DNA of 62,000 nucleotides, taken from NCBI RefSeq assembly GCF_000737315.1, contig NZ_JMCB01000006.1, positions 20,001 through 82,000 of the forward strand, given 5' to 3'. A model generated the notes under the pieces. It searched no databases. It saw only the letters and a list, made by a program, of their open reading frames with translations, and was not told where the DNA came from. Position 1 is the first letter of the stretch; every line of letters starts with the position of its first letter. Below, one piece after another: positions 44,985-54,512 of the stretch. Source of the DNA: Hyalangium minutum (GTDB taxonomy: Bacteria; Myxococcota; Myxococcia; Myxococcales; Myxococcaceae). The position numbers and the translations under genes were made by a program.

Positions 44985-45917
44985 ATGTCCTCGCCCGTCC
45001 TGGAGCTGCAGGGGCTCACCAAGTCCTATGCCAAGCTCACCGCGCTCTCCGACGTGAACCTCTCCATCCGCCAGGGTGAAATCTTCGCCCTGCTGGGCCC
45101 CAATGGAGCAGGCAAGACGACACTCATCGGCTCCATCTGCGGCCTGGTGAAGAAGACCAGCGGCCGCATCCTCCTGTTCGGCAAGGATCTGGACCAGGAC
45201 CCCGTGGGCCCTCGCTATGACGTGGGCCTCGTCCCCCAGGAGATCAACTTCGACCCCTTCTTCTCCGTCGCCGAGTCCCTCCGCATCCAGCTCGGCTACT
45301 ACGGCCGCCCCCGCGACGACGCCCGCGTGGACGAGGTGCTCACCGCCCTCAACCTCCAGGCCAAGAAGAACTCCCTCACCCGTGCCCTCTCGGGCGGCAT
45401 GAAGCGCCGCCTCCTCATCGCCAAGGCCCTGGTGCACAAGCCGAAGCTCGTCTTCCTCGACGAGCCCACCGCCGGCGTGGACGTGGAGCTGCGCCGCGAC
45501 CTGTGGACCTACGTGCGCAAGCTGGCCTCCGAGGGCACCACCGTCATCCTCACCACGCACTACTTGGAGGAGGCCGAGGAGCTCGCCGACCGCGTGGGCG
45601 TCATCAACGAGGGGCGCCTGCTGCTGGTGGAGGACAAGGCCTCGGTGATGCGCCGCTTCGGCGAGCGCCGCCTCGTGGTCACCTTCGAGCAGCCCCTGGC
45701 CGAGCTGCCCGAGGCCACCCGCCGCTTCAACGCCACCCTCTCCGAGGACCGCCGCACCCTCGCCTATATCGAGCGCGAGGGCACGCCCCCCTCCGGAGAG
45801 CTGCTGCGCGCCCTCTACGCCCAGGGCCTGCCCATCTCCGATGTGGAGACGCGGCGCTCGCGCCTGGAGGACGTCCTCATCGAAATCCTGCGAGGCCGCC
45901 CCCAGAAGGCTGCCTGA
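44985..45917 (+). CDS. ABC-2 type transporter ATP-binding protein (YadG-like)
   Basis: [35 protein letters not shown]. Alternative start at 44946. Confidence 0.9.
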   Translation: MSSPVLELQGLTKSYAKLTALSDVNLSIRQGEIFALLGPNGAGKTTLIGSICGLVKKTSGRILLFGKDLDQDPVGPRYDVGLVPQEINFDPFFSVAESLRIQLGYYGRPRDDARVDEVLTALNLQAKKNSLTRALSGGMKRRLLIAKALVHKPKLVFLDEPTAGVDVELRRDLWTYVRKLASEGTTVILTTHYLEEAEELADRVGVINEGRLLLVEDKASVMRRFGERRLVVTFEQPLAELPEATRRFNATLSEDRRTLAYIEREGTPPSGELLRALYAQGLPISDVETRRSRLEDVLIEILRGRPQKAA

Positions 45918-45926
45918 GCCAACGCC

Positions 45927-46688
45927 ATGAACACCCTTGGGATGAAGACGCTGTTCGAGAAGGAGGTCCGCCGCTTCATGCGCGTGCCGGGCCAGACCGT
46001 CCTCTCGCCGCTCATCAGCACCACGCTGTATTTCATCGTCTTCGGCTACTCCATCTCCTCGCGCGTCCACGAAGTGGAGGGCGTGCCGTACCTGCCCTTC
46101 ATCGTCCCGGGCCTCATCTTCCTGGGCATCGCCAACAACGCGTTCCTCAACTCCAGCTCCTCGCTCTTCATCACCAAGATTCAGGGCACGGTGGTGGACC
46201 TGCTCGTAGCCCCCCTGGGCCCCGGCGAGCTGATGGCCGGCTTCATTGGCGGCGCCATGGTGCGCGGGCTCGTGGTGGGCGCGCTCACCTGGGCCGTGGC
46301 CGCCATCTTCACCGGCTTCAGCCTCCAGCACGCCGTGGTGGCCGCCTACTTCCTGTTCATCGCCTCCTACGTCTTCAGCGTGCTGGGAATGCTGGCGGCC
46401 ATCTGGGCCGAGAAGTTCGAGCAGATCAACTTCTTCCCCACCTTCGTGATGATGCCGCTCACCTTCCTGGGTGGCGTCTTCTACTCGGTGCGCGAGCTGC
46501 CCTCGCCCTGGAACCAGATCAGCCTCTTCAACCCCATGGTCTATATGGTGGAGGGACTGCGCTATGGCATGCTGGGCCGCAGCATCTTTCCCCCCGCGCT
46601 GGGAGGTGGCATCCTGGCCGTCCTGGCCGTGGCTGCCACCCTGGTGGTCTACCTGGCGCTGCGCTCCGGCTACAAGATGAAGGCCTGA
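45927..46688 (+). CDS. ABC-2 type transporter permease (YadH-like)
   Basis: EKEVRRFMRVPGQTVLSPLISTTLYFIVFG, FLGGVFYS, NPMVYMVEGLRYG; multiple TM helices. Confidence 0.9.
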   Translation: MNTLGMKTLFEKEVRRFMRVPGQTVLSPLISTTLYFIVFGYSISSRVHEVEGVPYLPFIVPGLIFLGIANNAFLNSSSSLFITKIQGTVVDLLVAPLGPGELMAGFIGGAMVRGLVVGALTWAVAAIFTGFSLQHAVVAAYFLFIASYVFSVLGMLAAIWAEKFEQINFFPTFVMMPLTFLGGVFYSVRELPSPWNQISLFNPMVYMVEGLRYGMLGRSIFPPALGGGILAVLAVAATLVVYLALRSGYKMKA

Positions 46689-46810
46689 CACCTGCCCACA
46701 GCGGGTTGAGGGCCACAGGACAATTCGCCTGGTTGCTCCCTCTTCTGGCCAGGGAACGGAAAGACGGGCTTTCACGTCGTACCCTGGCTCAGGGTATCTT
46801 AGAAAACGAG

Positions 46811-48436
46811 ATGGCTGTCCCCTTCGGGAAGTACGAACTGCTTCGTAAGATCGCCTCGGGCGGCATGGGCCAGGTGTTCCTGGCGCGTGAGCGCAGCTCG
46901 GTCGAGCGGCTGGTCGTGCTCAAGCTCATCCTCCCCCACCTGGCCGAGGACGATGAGTTCCTCACCATGTTCCTGGAGGAGGCGCGGCTGGTCGCCCGGC
47001 TCCAGCACCCCAACCTCGTCACCATCCTGGACCTGCAGGAGGTGGAGGGGCGCCACTGTCTGGCCATGGAGTACGTGCAGGGCGATGACGTGCGGCGGCT
47101 GGACAAGCAGTCCCGGCTGAAGGGGCGGCTGCTGCCCGCGGGGCTGGTGCTGCGCGTCATCTCCGAGGCCGCCGCGGGGCTCGACTACGCGCACAAGGCC
47201 CGTGACGCACAGGGCCAGCCGCTGAAGCTGGTTCACCGGGATGTCTCTCCGCAGAACATCCTCGTGGGCTTCGACGGGGCGGTGAAGATCATCGACTTCG
47301 GCGTGGCGAAGGCGGCCGGCAGCGGCCACCACACCGCCACCGGGGTGCTCAAGGGCAAGTATCCTTATATGTCCCCGGAGCAGGCCTCGGGGCAGGCCAT
47401 CGACGGGCGCAGCGATCAGTTCGCGCTGGGCGTGGTGATGTGGGAGCTGCTCACGGGCCGCCGCCTCTTCAAGGGCGAGTCGGACATGATGACGCTGCGC
47501 CTGGTGAAGGACTGCCAGGTGCCGAAGCCCTCGCAGATCAACCCCAAGCTGCCGCCGGGGCTGGACGAGGTGGTGCTGCGGGCGCTGGCGACCACGCCGG
47601 ACAAGCGGTACCCGGACTGCGGCGCGCTCCGGCTCGCGCTCGAGGACTACATCATCCAGCTGCGGCTGCCGGCCAGCACCGCGCACCTGTCCGCCTTCCT
47701 GCGCGAGCTGTACGCGGACCGCATCGCCGCGGAGTCGGATCCGGCCAAGCTGGACCAGCTGGCCGAGGACACGGACCTGGACACGAAGGACAAGTCCAAC
47801 CCCTCGCGCATCGACTCGTTGGGGTCGCCGGGCCACCGGCCCACGCCCTCGCGCGTGTCGATGCCCAGCATGCGCTCCCGGCATTCCGTGGAGGCCCTGG
47901 TGGGGCCCGCGCCCGGACACCGGCAGGAGTCCACCCGGGGCACCCAGCCGCTGGGCCGTCCCACGCCCCAGCGCCGCTTCCCCCTCATCCCCGTGGTAGT
48001 GAGCAGCGCGGCGCTGCTCGTCATCGCCGGGGCCGCGCTCGTCTACTTCACCCAGAAACCGGACGCTTCCCAGCCGCCCCCCGTGGTGGCCAACCCACCG
48101 ATGAAGCCGGTGGAGCCGCCCCCCGTGCCGCGCCCGCAGACCGCCGCTCCGCTCAAGGTGGAGCTGGTGCTCAAGTCCGAGCCCACCGGCGCGGCGGTGC
48201 AGCTCGCGGGCAAGCCGCTCGGGGTGACACCGGTAACGCTGGCCGTGGCACCCGAGGAAGCCCCCCTGGAGGTGACGCTGTCGCTGGACGGGTATGAGCC
48301 GCTGACGCGCCACGTGTCCGCCGCGAACGCGCCCAGCCTGATGCTCGCGCTGGAGCGGCGCGCCGCGCCCACGAAGCCGCCCACCAACGGCACCTCCAAG
48401 AAGCCGCCGCCCAGCTACATCAAGAAGGGCCGCTGA
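46811..48436 (+). CDS. Membrane Ser/Thr protein kinase with C-terminal PEGA-like domain
   Basis: IASGGMGQV, HRDVSPQN, DFGVAK, YMSPE; TM helix; LKSEPTGAAVQLAGKPLGVTP (PEGA). Start at MAVPFGKY; the 977-aa call includes a non-coding extension. Confidence 0.92.
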   Translation: MAVPFGKYELLRKIASGGMGQVFLARERSSVERLVVLKLILPHLAEDDEFLTMFLEEARLVARLQHPNLVTILDLQEVEGRHCLAMEYVQGDDVRRLDKQSRLKGRLLPAGLVLRVISEAAAGLDYAHKARDAQGQPLKLVHRDVSPQNILVGFDGAVKIIDFGVAKAAGSGHHTATGVLKGKYPYMSPEQASGQAIDGRSDQFALGVVMWELLTGRRLFKGESDMMTLRLVKDCQVPKPSQINPKLPPGLDEVVLRALATTPDKRYPDCGALRLALEDYIIQLRLPASTAHLSAFLRELYADRIAAESDPAKLDQLAEDTDLDTKDKSNPSRIDSLGSPGHRPTPSRVSMPSMRSRHSVEALVGPAPGHRQESTRGTQPLGRPTPQRRFPLIPVVVSSAALLVIAGAALVYFTQKPDASQPPPVVANPPMKPVEPPPVPRPQTAAPLKVELVLKSEPTGAAVQLAGKPLGVTPVTLAVAPEEAPLEVTLSLDGYEPLTRHVSAANAPSLMLALERRAAPTKPPTNGTSKKPPPSYIKKGR

Positions 48437-48474
48437 GCCCGCAGGGCTCAGGGCTGCTCCGGTGGGGTGGCGGT

Positions 48475-50499
48475 TCAGATGCGCGGTGGCGCCTGGGACA
48501 CCAGCCTGCGGATGAGCTCCGGCTCGAACGGCTTGTCGATGCGTGGGTGTGAGGAGCTCTGCAGGAAGGCCCGGGCCCGCGCCGTGAAGCCCCCGCCCGT
48601 CATGAAGACGAGCCGCGGCAGGCACTCGGGGTGGTGCTTCGCCAGCTCGGCGTGGACGTCCATGCCCGTCAGGTCCGTCATCATCAAGTCGCAGAAGATG
48701 CGGTCGAAGTCCGTGTCGCGCTCCAGCAGCGCGAGCGCCTCGCGGCCGCTGGCGGTCACCACCACCTCGTTGCCCCGGCCGATGATGCGCCGCATGACGG
48801 AGGCAATGCCCGCCTCGTCGTCGATGATGAGCACGCGCTTGCCCTGAACCGGCGGCGCCTCCAGCACGGAGGCCAGCGAGGGCACCACGTCCCCGCTCGC
48901 CGAACCCCGGGTGGGCAGCACCACGCGGAACGTGCTCCCCTTGCCCGGCATGCTGGCCGCCGTCAGCTCCCCGCGCAGCGCCTTGATGATGCCGTGGCAG
49001 ATGGACAGCCCCAGCCCGGTGCCCTCGCCCTGGGCCTTGGTGGTGAAGAAGGGCTCGAAGGCGCGCGTCAGCACGTCCGGCGTCATCCCCATGCCCGTGT
49101 CCGTCACCTCCACCACCACGTGCTCATCCCTCGCGTACGTGTTGAGCACGATGCGGTGGTGCGTCGAGTCCCCCTCGGGGATGGCCTGCGCCGCGTTGAT
49201 GAGCAGGTTGAGGAACACCTGCCCCAGCTTGGCCTCGTTGGCCCACACCGGGGCCACGTTGCCGTAGCACTTCACCACCTGCGCGCGGTAGCGGATGTGG
49301 TTCATCGCCATGGAGAGGCTGAACTCCAGCGCCGCGTGCACGTCCACCTGCTTCAGCTGCGCGTCATCTCCCCGGGCGAACGTCTTCAAGTCCCGGACAA
49401 TGCCGCGGATGCGCTCGGCGCCCTCGCGGGCCTCCGCCAACGCCTCGGCCGTCTCCTCGATCGCCTTGCGCGCCTCCACCTGCGGCAGCGCCTGGAGCTG
49501 CTCCAGCGCGAAGTGGATGTTGCCCATCACGAAGGACAGCGGGTTGTTGATTTCATGCCCCACGCCCGCGGCGAGCTGGCCCGCCACCGCCAGCTTCTCC
49601 GACTGCACGAGCTTCTCCCGGGCCGCGAGCAGCTCCCGCGCGCGCTGCCGCGCCAGCTCCTCCGCCTCCAGGCGGCCCGAGTGCTCGCGGTTGAGCAGCG
49701 CGTCCCGCTCCTGCTCCGCCTTCTTCTTCTCATTGATGTCGCGGAAGAAGATGGCGATGCCGTTGCCGGACGGGTACGCGTGCACCTCGAACCAGCGGCC
49801 GCGCGAGAACTCCATCTCGAAGACGGTGGAGACGCGCTCCGCCATGACTCGCCGGTACTCGCGCTCGGCGATGGTGCCCATCAGCTCGGGGCTGGTGCTC
49901 CAGATGTCGCGGCCGAAGAGCTTCTCGCGCGGCTTGCCCGTCAGCAGCAGCGCGTTGCGGTTGATGTACGTGTAGCGCCAGTGCGCATCCACGGAGAAGA
50001 AGCCCTCGGGCAGGTTCTCCAGCAGCTCCACCAGCTTGTCGCGCGTCTCGCGCAGCCCCGTCTCCGCGCGCCGGGCGGCGGTGATGTCGCGCAGCCGCAC
50101 CAGCACGCCGTCTCGGAAGCGCGCCACGGTGGCCTGGAGCCACCCGTCGAACCCATCACATGCGTGAGGAAACACCTGCTGGCACGACTGGCCTGTCTCC
50201 ACCACTTGATGGAAGGCCTCGAACTGTCCCGCGAGCCCCAGCTCCGGCGGCACCTCGTGCAGCTTGTGCCCCACCAGGCTGCCCACGTGCCAGCTCAGCG
50301 TGCGCTCCGCGGCGGCGTTCGCGTAGATCCACTCGAAGTCGATCAGCGTGCCCTCTTCATCCCGCAGCGCGCGCAGCGCCATGCTGCCCTCGGGATGCGT
50401 GTTCTCCACCTCCGCCAGCACGCGGAGCACTTCGTCTCCTTCCCACTGGCGGGACCCCCTCAGGACCTTCGAGGGCTCGATGAATGCGGGCTTGGGCAT
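48475..50499 (-). CDS. Hybrid sensor kinase (PAS-PAS-HisKA-HATPase-REC)
   Basis: H-box GHEINNPL, GTGLGLSI, receiver VLIIDDE...IFCDLMM...KPF. Start trimmed to MPKPAF. Confidence 0.9.
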   Translation of the reverse strand: MPKPAFIEPSKVLRGSRQWEGDEVLRVLAEVENTHPEGSMALRALRDEEGTLIDFEWIYANAAAERTLSWHVGSLVGHKLHEVPPELGLAGQFEAFHQVVETGQSCQQVFPHACDGFDGWLQATVARFRDGVLVRLRDITAARRAETGLRETRDKLVELLENLPEGFFSVDAHWRYTYINRNALLLTGKPREKLFGRDIWSTSPELMGTIAEREYRRVMAERVSTVFEMEFSRGRWFEVHAYPSGNGIAIFFRDINEKKKAEQERDALLNREHSGRLEAEELARQRARELLAAREKLVQSEKLAVAGQLAAGVGHEINNPLSFVMGNIHFALEQLQALPQVEARKAIEETAEALAEAREGAERIRGIVRDLKTFARGDDAQLKQVDVHAALEFSLSMAMNHIRYRAQVVKCYGNVAPVWANEAKLGQVFLNLLINAAQAIPEGDSTHHRIVLNTYARDEHVVVEVTDTGMGMTPDVLTRAFEPFFTTKAQGEGTGLGLSICHGIIKALRGELTAASMPGKGSTFRVVLPTRGSASGDVVPSLASVLEAPPVQGKRVLIIDDEAGIASVMRRIIGRGNEVVVTASGREALALLERDTDFDRIFCDLMMTDLTGMDVHAELAKHHPECLPRLVFMTGGGFTARARAFLQSSSHPRIDKPFEPELIRRLVSQAPPRI

Positions 50500-50644
50500 G
50501 CCTGAGGTCCTCCAACGCGTGGCGGCCAGACCGTGGACCAGAAGCCGGGGCCGTGGCTTCCGCCGCACGCAGCAGCTTACTCGCTTGGCTGACTCAGTAC
50601 AGACTCCGCACCCGCTCGAAGAACCCGCCGGTGAACAGCGTAAC

Positions 50645-50672
50645 GGCGCGGAGAATCAGAATTCCCCGCGCC
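50645..50672 (-). terminator. Hairpin, possible terminator of the CBM32 gene
   Basis: Minus-strand RNA GGCGCGGGGAAU-ucug-AUUCUCCGCGCC, 12-bp stem with one GU pair, 40 nt after the stop; weak U-tract. Confidence 0.4.
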
Positions 50673-50712
50673 GTCTTTCCTCACTGATACAGGATTGCGT
50701 TGATCCGAACAG

Positions 50713-52131
50713 CTACGGCTGGATCTCGCGCACGCTCATCCACTTGAAGTCGACGTCGCTCGCGCTGTCCCAACGGAATGTTGCAATTGGGCCACCCCAC
50801 GTCATCGGCATGGCGGGATTGGAAGCTCCGCACTTACCGTGGTCGCCACCCCAGTCGCCCGCGTCCGTCATGTCGTAGATCTTCTTCCAGGTGACCTTGT
50901 CGGCGTTCTCGTTGAGGTACAGCTCGAGCTTCACGGCCGTCTTGCCGCCCGCGGTGACGTTGCGCATGACCGCCTTGAAGCCAACCCAGCGGCCCTTGAG
51001 CGAGCTGGTGGCGGGCTTGTACGGGGCCTGCTCGTAGCTGACGTGCCACGACTCCTTCTGCCAGCGCGTGCGCCCGTCATAGTGCAGCGCGCCCTTGTAC
51101 GAGGAGCCCTCGCACGGCACCGAGTCGTTGTGCTTGCCGCCGCGCGCGTACCAGTCGAAGTTGTCCGCCATGTCCGAGGCTGCGTTGAGCTTCACGAAGC
51201 CCGTCATCTCGATGTTCTTCCAGTCGTTGGCTGCCAGCATGTAGCCCTTGCTGGTCATCTGGTCCCGGTTGTACGTGGGGATCTTCCCCGCGCCGTAGCC
51301 GGTGGAGGTGAAGACGGACATGCGCACCTGGGTGGCCTTGATCTTCCAGGAGCCGTCCGCGTTCTTGGTGATGGGGTTCTGCGGATCGAAGCGAGAGTCC
51401 TTCGTCGGGTCCGCCGCCATCGCCCAGCTCTCACCGCCCGACTTCGTGGGGTAGATCATCGTCACACCGAACCCGTCCTTGCCCCCGGCGGGCGGAGTCG
51501 GGTCCGTCGGCGGAGTCGGGTCCGTCGGCGGAGCCGGGTCCGTCGGCGGAGTCGGGTCCGTCGGCGGAGTCGGCTCGGAGGTGCCGCCGCACCCGAGCAC
51601 GCGCATCTCGGAGATGCTGGCCCAGTTGTTGGTCGTGTTGCCTTTCACGGTGACCCTCACGTAGCGCGCGGGGGCAGCGGTGAAGGTGATGCGCTGCGCC
51701 TGATCCGAGCGGGCGCTCCGATTCGCGGCGACGTTGTAATAGGTGCTGCCATCGCGCGAGGTGGCCACCTCGTAGTTGTAGTTGCGCGTGGCGCCGCTGT
51801 GCCAGGTGACGTCCACAGCGCCCACCTGCTTCTCGGCGCCGAGATCCGCACGAATCCAGCAGCCGCTTCCATTGCAGGACCAGCGGGTGTCCGGTTTGCC
51901 GTCGAGCACGTTGGAGGGGACGTTGCCGTCATCTGCCTTGGCGGTGACGGCGGTGATGGGGACGTTCGTCGAGCAGGTGGTCTGGGCCCGCGCCGGAGTG
52001 GCGAGAGCCATCAGGGATAACACGCTGAGTGAGGGGATCAGCGCTCCGGAGAGGCGGCGCCAGGGGAGAGACTTCTTCGATCCGATCAAGTTCTGTGTTC
52101 CTCGGGTGAGGCCGCAGCTCCGCCTGCCCAC
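50713..52131 (-). CDS. Secreted protein: F5/8 type C (CBM32/discoidin) domain, Pro/Thr linker, uncharacterised beta-jelly-roll-like domain
   Basis: NVLDGKPDTRWS..WIRADLG..RYVRVTV..WASISEMRV (CBM32). True start probably downstream of 52131 (signal ends ..TPARA/Q). Confidence 0.8.
   Translation of the reverse strand: MGRRSCGLTRGTQNLIGSKKSLPWRRLSGALIPSLSVLSLMALATPARAQTTCSTNVPITAVTAKADDGNVPSNVLDGKPDTRWSCNGSGCWIRADLGAEKQVGAVDVTWHSGATRNYNYEVATSRDGSTYYNVAANRSARSDQAQRITFTAAPARYVRVTVKGNTTNNWASISEMRVLGCGGTSEPTPPTDPTPPTDPAPPTDPTPPTDPTPPAGGKDGFGVTMIYPTKSGGESWAMAADPTKDSRFDPQNPITKNADGSWKIKATQVRMSVFTSTGYGAGKIPTYNRDQMTSKGYMLAANDWKNIEMTGFVKLNAASDMADNFDWYARGGKHNDSVPCEGSSYKGALHYDGRTRWQKESWHVSYEQAPYKPATSSLKGRWVGFKAVMRNVTAGGKTAVKLELYLNENADKVTWKKIYDMTDAGDWGGDHGKCGASNPAMPMTWGGPIATFRWDSASDVDFKWMSVREIQP
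51491..51575. repeat. 18-bp tandem repeat x4.7 encoding a (PTPPTD)n linker
   Basis: Unit GGCGGAGTCGGGTCCGTC; the third copy has one substitution. Confidence 0.95.
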
Positions 52132-52336
52132 TCCTAGAGGACTCCTGGAGCAGAGCGAGCACGGCTGACCGCGGCTGCGTTGTCGTCAGTGTCCCGCCAC
52201 AAGCGGAGAGCTCTCGCTCACCCGCTCATGACAGAACGCGTCGTTGCTGCAGTCCCGAGTACCGGATGTATTTTTGCTTTCTTCCCAAGCCGCGCGCGCG
52301 GTGTCTCTCGCCTGGAAGGTGGGTCCGGTGTGCGAC

Positions 52337-54187
52337 TCACTCCAGCAAGCGCATCACGACCGCCGAGGGCCCCTCTAGTCGCACGACACTGTCTCTCAGC
52401 GGAGACGTCTCCACGGCTCCACCGAAAGCAGGCGCCTCGCTCCACAGCACGACCTGTGCACGCGAGCCCGCAGGCAGGCGCTGCTCGAGCAAACCCTTCA
52501 CGTTGATGAAGGCAAGCAGCCGCTGACCCGCGCCTCGGCGCTCGAGGACGAGCGAGCTTGGGCCTAGCGCCCGCGCCTCGTAGCTGCCCCGGCTCTTCTC
52601 CTTCAGCGCGGGCTCGGTGGCGCGCAGCCACAGCAGCTCCCGGTAGAGCGCTCGGATCTGCGAGTGCGGCGGGCGCTCAGCCTCGGACCAGTCGAGGCGC
52701 GAGCGCTCGAAAGTCTCCTTCGCCTGCGGGTCTGGCACGGTGTCGCCCGCGAAGCGCTTGAAGCCGGCGAACTCCTTGCGGCGGCCCTCGGTGACGAGCC
52801 GCCCCAGCTCCTCGTTGTGGTCCGTGAAGTAGAGGAAGGGCGAGCGGGCGTTCCACTCCTGGCCCATGAACAGCAGCGGCGTGTACGGGGACAGCAGCAG
52901 CAGGGTGCTCATCGCCCGGTAGGCCGCCGGTGTCACATCGTGGCCGAGCCGCTCGCCATGGGCGCGGTTGCCCACCTGATCGTGGTTCTGGGTGCAGTGG
53001 ACGAAGCACCGGGGCGGTAGCTCGCCCGCCGGCGTGCCCCGCGCGTGGCCCTGGTTCTTCGACACCTGTCCCTCGTAGAACCAACCCTGACGGAGCGTGC
53101 GGGCGATGTCCTCCGCGCTGCCCGTATAGTCCTGGTAGTAGCCCTCGCTGTCGCCCGCGAAGGCGCGGCGCAGCTGGTGGTGCAGATCATCCGCCCAGAC
53201 GCCGTCCAGCCCCAGGCCGCCCGCAGAGGCCGGGCGAGGAAGCCGGGCCTCGTTACGCTCGTCCTCGGCGATCACCACCACGCGGCGTCCCGGCGCGGCG
53301 GCGCGGGCCCGGGCGGAGATCTCCGTCAGCAGGTGCGGCGAGCTGTCATCCACGATGGCGTGCGCCGCGTCCAGCCGCAGGCCGTCGGCGTGGTAGTCGC
53401 GGATCCACATGTCCACGTTGGAGAGCACCAACTCCCGCACGGGCGCGGAGTCCTTCCCGTCGTAGTTGACGGCATCCCCCCACGGGGTGTGGTGGCGGCC
53501 GGTGAAGTAGTGCGGCGAGTAGCAGCGCAGGTAGTTCCCGTCCGGCCCGAAGTGGTTGTAGACGGCGTCAATGAGCACGGCGAGCCCGTGCGCGTGCGCG
53601 GCATCGATGAGCTGGCGCAGCCCATTCGGACCGCCATAAGTGTGCTGCGGGGCGAACAGGTCCACCCCGTCGTAGCCCCAGTTGCGCGCGCCCGGGAAGC
53701 TGGCCAACGGCATGAGCTCCAGGGTGTTGATGCCCAGCTCTCGGAGCCCCTTCAGCTGGGGAATGAGCGCCTGGAAGGTGCCCTCGGGCGTCGCGGTGCC
53801 CACGTGCACCTCGTAGATGACGAGCGCATCCGGGTCCGGCCCCTTCCAGCCCGCGTCCGACCAGGCGAAGTCCGGGACCACCACCTCGGAGGGACCATGC
53901 ACGCCCTGCGGCTGGGAGCGGGACCAGGGGTCCGGAAACGGACCCTCCCCGTCCACGCGCAGCTTGTAGCGCACTCCCGCGCCCTGGCCCTCGAGCACGG
54001 CGCTGAAGTAGCCGCCCGGCTCGGCCGTCATCGGCAGCGCGCGGCCCGGCTTTCCCTCCGGGTCGTGCAGCACCACCTCCATGCTCCGGTGCTCGGGGGC
54101 CCAGACCCGCCACCGCACCCGAGGCCCTGCCTCCACCCACGCCCCCAGCCGAGGGACCGCTGCCCGTGACTCCTCCACTTGCGCCAT
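52337..54187 (-). CDS. treZ: Malto-oligosyltrehalose trehalohydrolase (GH13)
   Basis: NWGYDGV, DAVYNHFGPDGNYL, LRLDAAH, IAEDERN, QNHDQVGNR, PLLFMGQEW. Confidence 0.92.
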   Translation of the reverse strand: MAQVEESRAAVPRLGAWVEAGPRVRWRVWAPEHRSMEVVLHDPEGKPGRALPMTAEPGGYFSAVLEGQGAGVRYKLRVDGEGPFPDPWSRSQPQGVHGPSEVVVPDFAWSDAGWKGPDPDALVIYEVHVGTATPEGTFQALIPQLKGLRELGINTLELMPLASFPGARNWGYDGVDLFAPQHTYGGPNGLRQLIDAAHAHGLAVLIDAVYNHFGPDGNYLRCYSPHYFTGRHHTPWGDAVNYDGKDSAPVRELVLSNVDMWIRDYHADGLRLDAAHAIVDDSSPHLLTEISARARAAAPGRRVVVIAEDERNEARLPRPASAGGLGLDGVWADDLHHQLRRAFAGDSEGYYQDYTGSAEDIARTLRQGWFYEGQVSKNQGHARGTPAGELPPRCFVHCTQNHDQVGNRAHGERLGHDVTPAAYRAMSTLLLLSPYTPLLFMGQEWNARSPFLYFTDHNEELGRLVTEGRRKEFAGFKRFAGDTVPDPQAKETFERSRLDWSEAERPPHSQIRALYRELLWLRATEPALKEKSRGSYEARALGPSSLVLERRGAGQRLLAFINVKGLLEQRLPAGSRAQVVLWSEAPAFGGAVETSPLRDSVVRLEGPSAVVMRLLE

Positions 54188-54233
54188 GCCTCTTCCTTTA
54201 ATGCGTGCCTGTCGTACCGAGGAGCACCTTGCA

Positions 54234-54512
54234 TCAAAGTCCCTCCCTCTGGCGCCGGAAGATGTTCAGTGGTGGCCTACGGCACTGCGGACTTTGGGAC
54301 AGCCCCGGAGCCAGCTCACTCCAGGACCAGCTGACCATGGCGCTGGCCCCATACCGGAACTGAACCTCTGCTGACAGGAGCCGCCGAGCCGGGTCCCTAG
54401 CAAGCAACCGCTGCGCGAGCACCTCGATCTCCATGAGGAGATCCAGCACTGGGCTGGTCAGCGCGGTGGGCTCGTCCTCGACCTGCACGAAGAGCACCTG
54501 CCGAAGCGCTCC
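54234..54512 (-). pseudogene. Remnant of a Ser/Thr kinase C-lobe, in frame with the upstream kinase stop
   Basis: VLFVQVEDEP...EIEVLAQRLLARDPARRLLSAE aligns without gaps to VLFAQVEEEP...ELERIVLRLLAKRPSQRFQSAE of the upstream kinase (19/44 identical by hand count). Confidence 0.6.

Noticed and set aside
45503-46810. N-terminal 436 aa of the 977-aa kinase ORF
   Set aside because: Out-of-frame overlap with the ABC ATPase and permease genes; the kinase starts at 46811.
51491-51575. Short regular repeat as a possible CRISPR array
   Set aside because: No spacers, in-frame coding of a Pro/Thr linker, no cas genes.
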